From Oopsacas minuta (Eukaryota; Animalia; Porifera): a stretch of DNA of 64,000 nt. The translations under genes were made by a program, and so were the position numbers. Shown piece by piece: positions 14,972-25,885 of this stretch (position 1 is its first letter; each line of letters begins with the position of its first letter). The notes beneath the pieces are model-generated. The model saw nothing but the letters and a program-made list of their open reading frames with translations, searched no databases and had not been told where the DNA came from. The stretch covers positions 124,001-188,000 of the forward strand of contig JAKMXF010000033.1 of the NCBI GenBank assembly GCA_024704765.1, given 5' to 3'.

Positions 14972-16500
14972 ATGGAGAATTACCTCTTATATGAAGAGAT
15001 ATTACGCACACAACGAGCGGTCTCTTTCAAAGGTAGAAAGAAAAAGACATTACACTTTCTTTGTATACAGCAATACAATAGAAAAGATTTGGAATTCATT
15101 ACGAATGAGGTAATTTAATTAGTGCTAGACCCTGTTAATTAATAGCTCCACAAATGGCCATCTGATCATGCGTGCGGCCGCGGGCGACATTTCATCATTA
15201 TTTGATAACGTTATCATAATAATAAGTGTCCAATCATAGCGGATATAGGGGCTAAAGGTGTTGATATCCGCTCCTCCCAATCAGACAGGCAACTTTAATA
15301 ATATAGATGATATCTACTTTCTCTTGTAGGTTAACGCTATACATGATTTGGATCAGATTAATATCTGTAGATTCCATGAATGGTATGAGACACCTAAGCA
15401 TATCTGGTGTATTAAGGAGTTGTGTCTTGGTGGCACACTAAGGAGGATTATAGGAGAGGATGGTAGAATGCCTGAGAAATCTGTGAGGGAATTTTCTATT
15501 GATATAGTACATGCACTCACTTATCTGCATTCTAATTCATTAGCTATGGCAGACTTATCTCCTGAAAAGGTTGGTTTTTAACTCCTGTTATATCGAAGCT
15601 GAAGGGACCGTGATAATCCATTCGATGTTACCAATGAAATATGTTACTTTGACGGTTTGGGACCATATTTGTACTATTTCACACTTCGATAAAAGCGGGT
15701 ATTTCGGTATATCCGTGTTAGATATGATGTTTTCTAATTTAGATACTTCTTGGAAATGATCATCAACTCAAACTTTACGATTTTTGCCTATCCAAATTTC
15801 TCCCTCACAATCCTGATAGCTTTTCAGAACCCACAGACTCTGAGGGAGAGATAGAGAGGGCGCGACATAACCTATCCCTTCTAATTCCAGAGGGATACTC
15901 ACGGTACCATATGGCTCCCGAAATATTAGTATTCCAAGCCTTCAGTCCTGAGAGTGACTTCTACAGTTTAGGCTGTATTATGTATGAAATGTACACTGGT
16001 CAGTAGTTATACATGTTGTCACCTTCCTTGTAGATATGTGACTAGAATATTGTTGATAGGAAAGGTACCTTATCCACAGAGGAATGAAGATATCATACCA
16101 GCTGTTCTGTATTCAGAACCCCCAGCATTACCTGCTAATGTCAGAGGTTAGTTATACTATAGTGTATCTATAGTGGAAACTGGGAAATTCTGGAAAGGGA
16201 GTGAGTAGAGGGATACATGACCGTGACCGTTGGGGATCCCTCTTGTACCCAACTAGGAGCTTACAACACCCTCACAGCTGACAATTTATGTATATTTATT
16301 TAGACAAAGCTCCACCTAGTCAAGAGTTCATGAGTCTTCTATCATTGCTACTACAGAAAGATTGCAATACAAGGTAACAGTGTTACAAATATTTGTGCGT
16401 TGCTAGGTTACCAGATGTAAACATTGTCATTTGTATGTCTAGAATGAATGATGAGACGATTGAGGATCATTCTTTCTGGCTACACAACAGGAACAGCTGA
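14972..16500 (+). CDS. ULK4: ULK4-like pseudokinase, kinase domain only (about 6 exons)
   Basis: MENYLLYEEI..KGRKKKTLHF, FHEWYET..HIW...LCLGGTL, VREFSIDI, DLSPEKILL, DFCLSK match ULK4; TGA at 16498. Confidence 0.85.
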
Positions 16501-16673
16501 TTAACAATTGTCTCATGGTTTAAGTTTGTTGGTTAATCGATCACTTCATGGTGTATGTTATTGTTTTTGTTTACTTGACACTAATTAGAAACTACTGTAT
16601 GCATACAGTTTCCGGGAAAATATTTTTGTCTATAATTATTACCATCCATGGTCCAGTTAAGTACTAGCTAGTA

Positions 16674-19600
16674 ATGCAGAAGTACCAATCTGTTAAGAAG
16701 ATAGGAGATGGTACTTATGGATGTGTCTACCTTGCTAAGAATAAAGATAATGGAGATAAAGTTGCTATTAAAATGTAATTTAATTAACAGGGGACTATAG
16801 ACACCCACAGGGGGCAGGAATTGCCCCCTCCTCCTGCGGAGCCCCATAAATTCATAGAAATGTTTTTAGGATGAAAAAACAGTATAAGAGCTGGGATGAA
16901 TGTTTAAACCTTAGAGAAGTTAAAGTTAGTGTATTTGATTATTCATATTCTAACACCTTTGTTGTTTGTTTACCTTCATATTATTGTTTACTTTATGTAT
17001 AATGTGTTTACAGAGTTTAAGGAAGATGAAACACCCGAATGTAGTGAAACTGAAGGAAATAGTTCGCGAACATAATTATTTGTATTTTGTGTTTGAATGT
17101 ATGAAAGAGAATTTATACGAAATGATAAAGAAAAGGTTTGTTTGTTTGTTTAAAGGTGTTGTTGTTTGTTTACATATTTGTTGTTGTTTAGGACAAAACC
17201 ATTTCCAGAATCTGCGACTAGAAACATCACTTATCAAGTTCTACAGGGGCTAGCTTATATGCATAAAAATGGTGAGTAAATATTTATAATAATTTCTGTG
17301 TTACAATCAAGACAGTTATCGCCTATAAGAAGATATTATACTCGTAACAAGGGACATTCCATTTACCGGTCACCGTTGCTCCATAAGTTTACTACACATG
17401 ATTTAAGCCAAAGTTTCGGAATTCATTTGACTACTGAACCCTCCCCTCGGGTGTGATGCTATTAAACTTCTCGTTATGAATATAATGGAATCAATGAACT
17501 TATATGTTCTAATTCAAAGTGTTCGGTTTCATAAAGCCTTTGAAATGAACAGAGCCTACCGTAAGCTAACCGTCACTGATACAAGACATATAAATACGGT
17601 GAATTGAATTACAATTCAACCATAGACTCTCTGTATGCTCTACTGTATGTACTGTACTGTAGTGGCTAGTGACTAGTGTATATATTGTGATGGAAAGAAA
17701 GTTCGATGTTTTCCTGCATGAGAAAATCTCTGAGGAGAATTTCAGTTTCGGCACTTCGATAGATAGTAGTGATGACGATATTGTCGACACGAATAATGTT
17801 ATTCACCCTAGCAACCAGTCTGGAATGTTTGTTGATGATGATATAGTGGTTAAGATTGAATCTCTTCTTGATGTTAATTTTCTGAGTGGTTCTAACATGG
17901 ATTATACCGAGAGAACCGAAATTCGGCAAAATGTACCATTTTTTGGATTTCCATTTGAAAAGCCTCTTTGGAAATATGTGGATGTTCCCCCTCAAATACA
18001 TATCATCTCACAACAACAACAACAACAACAACAACAAATAGAGGACGAAATACAAACTACCGTTTCTCAGAGTAAAACAGATCTACAATGCATTTTCTGT
18101 AAAGTTTCGTTCGATTCAAATCACAAATTGTGTTGGCATCAGGTCTCCTGCCCGAATAATCCATTTATTGACTTAGACACAAATAAACAACTCGTAAACA
18201 ACTGCGACACTTGTAACCAATCTTTCAGGTCCAAAGACGATTTAGACTATCACACATGCACCAGTAAACATGATAAAAAATATTCCTGCGAGATCTGCGG
18301 TAAGACATATAGCAATATTTGTGTGAAGATTAGACACATGCATTCACATTCAAACATTCGTCCCCACGAATGTGATGTCTGTCATAAATCCTTCCTTCGT
18401 AAAGAGTACCTGACCTCTCATTACCGTGTACACAGCGGGGATCGTCCCTATTCCTGTCAGATATGTGGTAAAACATTCGCATATACTTCTGCTAAACGAT
18501 CACATATGAAACTGCATAGAACTAAGCCTTATGCTTGCTCTATTTGTTCGAGGAATTATGTTTCCACCGAAAAATTATCTTTATCTAATTCGCAAGATTC
18601 TGATCTTAAAGTGTATACATGTGATAGGTGTGTTAAAAATACAGAGACAATACAACAAATAGTTGAAACACATGGTGTCATACAAACTAGCGAGAATAGC
18701 AGCATACCACAGACCTCTGTACACATCCCGAAGACATCGAAAGAAAATATTCGAAATTTGAAGTGTAAGCATTGTCCTCGTGTTTACATCCGTCAGTCTG
18801 ATCTTACGAAACATTCTAGGACACATTTCTCTACTCCCACTCCTTCCATGACAACGACTATACCGCATACGAATGTTACTAATCCCATACCGAACGAATC
18901 AGCGCTTGAATTCCCACCTCATATCGAATCACCATCTCTGCTAGTTCCTGAACAAACTACATTTGAATGTCATCTCTGTAACAGGACTTTCAATGCAAAG
19001 AGATTGCTAGTTCGTCATGTTTATGCTCATTTGGGTATAAAACCTTATTCCTGTTCGATCTGTGATAAGAAATATGCAAGGAAAGAAGATTTAATTTTAC
19101 ATATACGGACACATACCGGAGAGAGACCATTTTCATGTGACATATGCGACAAGAGGTTTATTCGCCGGCGGTCTTACAAGCTTCACAGACGGACACACGC
19201 TGAGGGAGGAGATACAGAAGTACCTGAAGATGGGGGAGACGTGGAACTAACGGATAATGTTGTTAGTCTAGGAGTGCCTGAGAACTAAACTGAGTATTTG
19301 TAGTATTACAATGTTATAACATAAAAGTATGTAAATTCATTTGATAGCAATAATATAGTATTTGGTTATAACACCTATATCTGCCCGGTTCTTTGGTGGC
19401 TGATTAGGCGCCAAACACGCCAATGAGACCGATTTTCGTAGTCCTCCCACCAATTAGTGTCCCATAGCTCTTTCGACTCCAGAAATAATTAGGGATCATA
19501 TCACCGAGCGATGACTGTTATTAATTGTTTATTTATGTTTTGTGATTGTGTAACCGCAGATTCACGGTTAATGTAATTGTCAAAATACCAAATATCCAGT

Positions 19601-21821
19601 CTGGTTGTCAGTTAGTATCTGTGGTTATACATCTATTCACTTAACCATGACTTAACCTCAATTATCTAACATTTCACGGAGTTCTGTACTGTGTAGGATT
19701 CTTCCATAGAGACATGAAGCCGGAGAACTTGCTCTGTAACGGACCGGAGCAGGTGAAGATAGCTGACTTCGGTTTAGCAAGAGAGATTAGATCACAACCT
19801 CCATATACTGACTATGTAGCTACCAGATGGTATGTATATTGTTATTATCATCACCTCCTGTCCCCCTGGAGGAGCGGATTGTTCCCCTGGGGTGTAGAAT
19901 CAATACACATTTGTGGTTTTAACCGAAATCATACATTTTATCAGATAACGAGCTATAATCTATAGGTATAGAGCACCTGAGATACTTTTACGCTCTACAG
20001 CTTATAACAGCCCGGTAGATCTGTGGGCAATTGGTTGTATCATGGCAGAGGTATACACATTCAGACCTCTATTCCCTGGAGCTAATGAAGTGGATGAAAT
20101 ATTTAAAGTGTGTGCTATACTGGGTTCCCCTGATAAGGAAAGCTGGCCGGATGGTCTGAGACTTGCTTCTTCTATGAGTTTCAAGTTCCCTAATATTGTA
20201 AGTATTATATTTCTAAGAAATACAGAGGGTGGGTGTCCGATCCTTGGAGTGCCAGTCTCGTTAACTGTATCCGTATATATCTACTGCGGATCTATTCTGT
20301 ATTAATCTAGAATGCCACGAAGTTACGGAATATAGTGAGGAATGCTAAATATGAAGGAATGGATTTGATGGAAAAACTTCTTAGCTGGGACCCAAGAAAA
20401 CGACCCTCCGCAGTTGAGGTAATTATGTCTGTATAACTGTGTCAATTCAAAGTGGAAGGGGGACTATATCGATCCCCATGATGACACCACGTGGATTTAT
20501 TTTGTAGGCACTGAAACACAAATACTTCGCCGTGGGACCCAATCTAGTATCAGACACAAAATCTACGAATAATACACTCAATCAATCTGTAAACAAATCT
20601 CAGCAACAGCTGAGCTATCTAACACCTAACAAAGAATTGGAAACCTCAAAAACACTTAATTTGGCTAATCAGGTATTAATACACATCATATGTGACAAAT
20701 AAATTTGTTTACTATATTGTTAAAAAGCTAGAGAAAAGAACGAGAAACATCAACAACTTCTGGCAACCAGTAAAAGTAGCCAAACATTCAATGGAAAATA
20801 ATTCTGATTTAAAATACGATTCTTCATATCTTCCTTACCGCAAGGAAGCTCTCCCTCTGATACAAGATAATCCTAAACCTCCAGAAATGAGAGAGAGCCC
20901 TGTCTTTAAGAGAGATAAATCTCTCGACTCGTTATTCAGAGAATCTCCTAAACCTGGGCTTAAATCTAAGCAGAGAGAGAGAGCTACTGATAACAAGCTG
21001 TAAGTACAGTCAACTCCCGTAATACCGAAATACCCGCTTATATCAAAGTCTAAAATTATACAAATATGGTCACAAACCGTCAAAGTAACACACATATCGT
21101 TTCAGCGGTTATGTGGAAGTAATTATCACGGTTCCTTGAGATTCGATATAACGCGAGTTGATTGTTATTAATACAATCGTCTCTCGCTACTTGAACTTTT
21201 CCCCAAAAAACATGTGACCGCAGGGCATCATGTATATTAATATTTATAGAAATGATTCTCCTCAATCAACAAATCAAGACTTATCACCTCACAAGCCTCT
21301 TAGCTATAGCACTAATCCTCAGAGTAACTACTCCCTAGCTTCATATAAATTAGATTCCTTACAAAATAAGTATTCTCCTCTAACATATCAGAAGACTAAG
21401 ATATTCCATCAAACCGTGTCTCCTACTGTGACCACAGAGACGAGGGTACTACCTAAAGTCCCACCTCTGATACCCAAGAAGAGCTCTGCCAATAAGAGCA
21501 TATCTATTGATCATAAGGATCAGTTGAGTTCTTCGTAAGTTTGCTTTAATATACTTCAAATTAGTATATGAAAACCTAACATCCATATTTGTCAGTAGTA
21601 AGCCTCCTCTGGTACCTCTCTGTGTGAAGAGGACAGCTGCTGAGTACTATTTATCAAAGTCTAGATATTCTCCCAGTAAGGGTATAGCGCCTACTAAACA
21701 GCCTCTGGTTGGGTTTGGATCTACTGCTGCTAGGTTCAATGAAATGCTACTGGGTACGTAAACAAACACACAAACAAAAATATTTACTAACACTATTCAT
21801 GGTATAGTGGCTCAGTTCTAA
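16674..21821 (+). CDS. MAK/ICK(CILK1)-family RCK kinase, multi-exon
   Basis: [61 protein letters not shown]; C-terminal [11 protein letters not shown] motif. Confidence 0.93.
17690..19288 (+). CDS. Intronless C2H2 zinc-finger protein nested on the same strand in the MAK intron 17272-19696
   Basis: Multiple CxxC...HxxxH repeats with TGERPF/SGDRPY linkers; polyQ tract. Confidence 0.92.
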   Translation: MERKFDVFLHEKISEENFSFGTSIDSSDDDIVDTNNVIHPSNQSGMFVDDDIVVKIESLLDVNFLSGSNMDYTERTEIRQNVPFFGFPFEKPLWKYVDVPPQIHIISQQQQQQQQQIEDEIQTTVSQSKTDLQCIFCKVSFDSNHKLCWHQVSCPNNPFIDLDTNKQLVNNCDTCNQSFRSKDDLDYHTCTSKHDKKYSCEICGKTYSNICVKIRHMHSHSNIRPHECDVCHKSFLRKEYLTSHYRVHSGDRPYSCQICGKTFAYTSAKRSHMKLHRTKPYACSICSRNYVSTEKLSLSNSQDSDLKVYTCDRCVKNTETIQQIVETHGVIQTSENSSIPQTSVHIPKTSKENIRNLKCKHCPRVYIRQSDLTKHSRTHFSTPTPSMTTTIPHTNVTNPIPNESALEFPPHIESPSLLVPEQTTFECHLCNRTFNAKRLLVRHVYAHLGIKPYSCSICDKKYARKEDLILHIRTHTGERPFSCDICDKRFIRRRSYKLHRRTHAEGGDTEVPEDGGDVELTDNVVSLGVPEN

Positions 21822-21842
21822 AATGGCTGACTTAGTGTATCT

Positions 21843-22200
21843 ATATTTGTTTTCGCTCTACTGTTCACACCTTTAGTGATTAAGACACTAAATTTGGCAT
21901 GTGTAGTCGTCATGACATCTAGTTGTACACCTGACATTTGAAATATTTCTAATGTGTATATTTTCACACCTTTTGGTGAACATTTCAAAACTATCATAGA
22001 GATTAGCTTCCACTTGTTAAACAGGGGTAAACAGGGAAGTAGAATTCGATTTTGACACTTTTGAATATCTAACAAGATTAGTAAATTCAATTTTCTCATT
22101 CTTTGCCAAAAGTGTATATTTAGTAGAAGAATATACTTTCAATAATCCACTAAAATAATTTTGGTGAATTTTAGTCGCACAGACGGTGATTTGAGATTTT
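21843..22200. repeat. Dispersed repeat, longer copy; a shorter internally deleted copy lies at about 47050-47218
   Basis: About 135 nt identical (TATTTGTTTTCGCTCTACTGTTCACACC...CACACCTTTTGGT) plus shared end CAGACGGTGATTTGAGATT. Confidence 0.9.
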
Positions 22201-22424
22201 TTATTTATTTAAAGGTAATAAAGACGCTCATCCTGCGTATCAAACATCACAAGCTATCCCTAAATTCTCAGCTTTGGAAACTAGTAATATTCACTCATAC
22301 TATAGACCTATTATACCACCGCAAGCACAGCTACCCTCCAGAGTTGATTGGACTCAAAAGTTAGTTAATATCATGTTTATTTCGTCACGCTTCTGCCAGT
22401 CACTCTCTGCATTTATCCAGTTTC

Positions 22425-22530
22425 TCAAACCATATGCTTAAAATGGTATTCTTATAACCGGTATGTTCTTATAACCGGCATATTCTTATAACCCCGGTAT
22501 GTTCTTATAACCGGTGTTCTTCTATCCGGT
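22425..22530. mobile_element. MITE-family end with tandem TTCTTATAACCGG units; relatives at about 28645-28790, 36255-36315 and 46368-46560
   Basis: Repeated TGTTCTTATAACCGG and terminal ...CCGGCATCTACTGTA-type ends; reverse-complement CTGGTTATAAGAAC at the left end of other copies. Confidence 0.65.
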
Positions 22531-22566
22531 ATTTACTGTACTAGATATCATATATACATTATAGAT

Positions 22567-22805
22567 ATGGTGGAAGGAAATACTGATAAGGCAAACTCTT
22601 CTCTTACAAGATTCGTGATTACTACAGCAATGCTATTTGTTATTTTATACAAACAGATCAGTAATATTGCTATAATACGACAAATGATCTCTCTTTTATT
22701 AGCAGTAGTAACGGTACTCTAATTACGAACTATATATGATTTGTTGTTTTGATTTAGGTGTTAAGTTCTTGTCTCTATCTCCCATTTCTTTCCACCATTG
22801 TCTGA
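22567..22805 (+). CDS. Possible small hydrophobic protein (about 50-65 aa, 1-2 exons)
   Basis: ATG 22567 ORF MVEGNTDKANSSLTRFVITTAMLFVILYKQ...; no family recognised. Confidence 0.2.
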
Positions 22806-23542
22806 GGTGTGAGGATAGAGATACATCACCATACTTGTAGATCTCACACCTGTTACGTTTCGGGGGATATTTAATTCTTCGCTCGCTCAGGAGTTGAGTA
22901 GGTATAACAATTGCTAGTTACTTTAATAGAGCCAGAAACAGAACCATACAAATAGTGTTGATTTCTATATCTGCATATAGCGAGGCGATTACACTCGTCT
23001 ATTCATACATTTATGGCTATTTGATTATAGGTTTAGGCATTCAAATTGCTAACCATATATTCAGTTACATTTAATAAACCGTAGAATGTACAATATGGAT
23101 ACAATCGAATTTGGCTACTTTAGCTAGAAACTAGCTTCAGCTCTACTGCCCGCGTCGAGTTTACCTGTCGCATGAATATTGTCATTATTTCATCATAGGA
23201 GACTGGGTCCATTGAAATTATCCATGAATTGTCCACATGATGTCGTAAATAATGAGATAATGATAATGGGAGGCTGCCCACCCTCATGCTTCAAATGGAC
23301 TGCAGCAAGTTTCTTATTAACAGGCCTTATCCAGTTTTGAAAGTGTTTACGGACAGATTACTGGAATTATACCAAAAACCTAATGATTAGTTATTGGAGT
23401 TTAATCTGCATTTATTTGACGCAATCTTGAAGACGTTTGTAACGTCCATCTGATATGTGAATTAATTAGAGTAATTCGTATAAATTCAACTTTTGTATCC
23501 GTAAACATTTATGTACATGTTAGCAATTGAATTTTTGTGAAA

Positions 23543-25585
23543 ATGGAACAGATAAATGACGTCATAGAAAATGGCGTGTCTTTCGATTCATCGGATTTAC
23601 TATTTGAGGATAATCAAACTTATTTTTCTGAGATCGATGAATTTCCTGGTTTCAAGTCATCCGTATTAAACCCTGATATCAATAATCAGACATTGACTAT
23701 GGAAGATCTCCAGATCCCTTTTGAAACGAACGAGTGGGGTTACACCCAGTATCATAATCCAGGTCAATGGGACCAAAATTACCCCGATGGGTCTTATGGG
23801 AACTATCAAAACCAGCAGTTCAATGGGGAAGTGCCAACCAATCAGATGAATACTTTTCATGATAGCCAAGAGCACAAAGACTTCTCAACCAATCAGATTC
23901 CTTCTTTCCAGCACTCAGATTGCTATACAAATGATCAGATGGAATATTTACAAGTTCCAGCCAATTATATCAACAAACAAACAAGTTATCTTTCATCTCC
24001 AAACTCTGATTATTATTCCGGAACTAACACCTCTGATTCTTCTCCCCCGCGCTCCTCCACTAACCAATCAGATTCTCACTCTTTCACCACACACACCTCT
24101 GATTATTCAAGTGTTGAATCTAATAAACAAACTGGTAAACAAACGAGGAAACAAACAAGACATAATATTGGTAATCTTCCTAATGGCTTAATGAAAGCTC
24201 TAACGACTGTACTCACACAGACAAACAATCCGGCATTCAAACAACTAATCAAAACACAAGAAACAACAACACCTCCACCACCAAAAGGTAAAGTAAACAA
24301 AACAAGAAAACAAACACCTAAGATAGCTTCTAAAATCCCAGAAACCAAAAAGGCTCCTTTGATAATTCCAATACAGAGAACAGGATTAGGTAATAAGACA
24401 TCCCTTGAAGAGATGAGGAAGAAAAAGGCAGAAAGAATGATACGTAACAGAGAAGCAGCCTTGCAATCTAGGAAGAGGAAATTAGAGGAACAAGCAGCAC
24501 TGGAGGACACTTGTAGAGACTTACAGGATAGGAATGTACAGCTGGAGAAACAAGTATCATTCTTAGAAGGTAAGTATTGGCTATAAGGCAAACTACTGCA
24601 TTCCTACTACCAGAAATGGTATCCATGTACCAGTAACTTATAGACCTCCAGGGGATGGTATTTGATTGTTTTCTATTGTTTAGGTCGCCTATCTCAGATC
24701 GAAGAAACAAACAGGAAATTAGAAACACAACTAGCCAAGTTCTCAAAACCATCCAAAATTCTCGCTTCTGTAGGTTTCTTAATGTTTATATCTTTCATGG
24801 CGTTTTCCTCCTCTCCAATCTCTCCCGGACTAACAGCCCTCCCCGGCCATCCTGTAAACAATACTAATATTTATTACATTCCTGAGACCGTAAATGAACT
24901 ACAATGGTTGCTAAGACCAGCTCATCAACTTTGGAAAAGTGTAAATACGTTATTTTATAGTGAAGAAAAATATGAACTAGCTCTTCCTCATAAACATAAA
25001 TACATACCTCCTGTCAACAACGACAATAAAGAGCAATATCCAATCGACACAAATACACCATCTGTCCCACAAAAATTCGCTTATGACAACAGATTTCATA
25101 GTCGTGTCATATCTGATCGGACAATGGAGTATACATTGCCTCAAGATTTGATAATTTCGCTACCAGAACAAGAATGGCCTCCTGGATTGAATTCTACACA
25201 TATTCATTCAGATTTTGTACATTTTTTGAAGAATCAATCTCTAACTAAGGAGCTGACAGTATCCCAGAACAATTACGGAGGAAAAAACAGACCAATGATG
25301 CTCCGCTATCCTCCTAGTGACAACCCCCTTTATATGAAATATTTGAATGAGACTAGCTTCATTTTCGATTCACTCGAACCTGAGTTTCACCAAAAACCCC
25401 AGAACTTATTCGTAGTCTCGTTAGATCACGCTTTTTGGGTCCCATCTCGCTCTACCCCAGATCAAACCCTCTCTCTCATTTTCCCCAGTCACAAGGAGTA
25501 TGTCTCCTCTAATTACTTCTCTTGGACACGATGGGACTGTGTAGTCACTGGATATCAGGAATTTCTAACACCTATACCTGCTTAA
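23543..25585 (+). CDS. ATF6: ATF6-like membrane-tethered bZIP transcription factor (2 exons)
   Basis: ERMIRNREAALQSRKRK basic region, leucine zipper, TM segment ILASVGFLMFISFMAF, luminal LFVVSL..H...LSLIFP...DCVV resembling the ATF6 C-terminus. Confidence 0.8.
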
Positions 25586-25885
25586 TCAGTATTATAGTAC
25601 ATTGCTCTTAATTATCTCTTAACTTGTTATCTAATATGATAACATCATTATATGAGCTAGTGTATTGTCTATCAATCTTAGATATTTACCGTATACGGTC
25701 AACTCACGTTATATCGAAGCTCAAGGGACCATGATAGTTACTCCCCGAGATAGCCGGTGAAGTTATGTTTCTTTGACCGTTTGGGACCATATATGTCCAA
25801 TTCCAGACTCCGATTTAAAGGCAGTTGTCTGTATTAGCATTTCCAAAATCGGAGAAATGACAACACACAAAACACTTCGGTTAAT

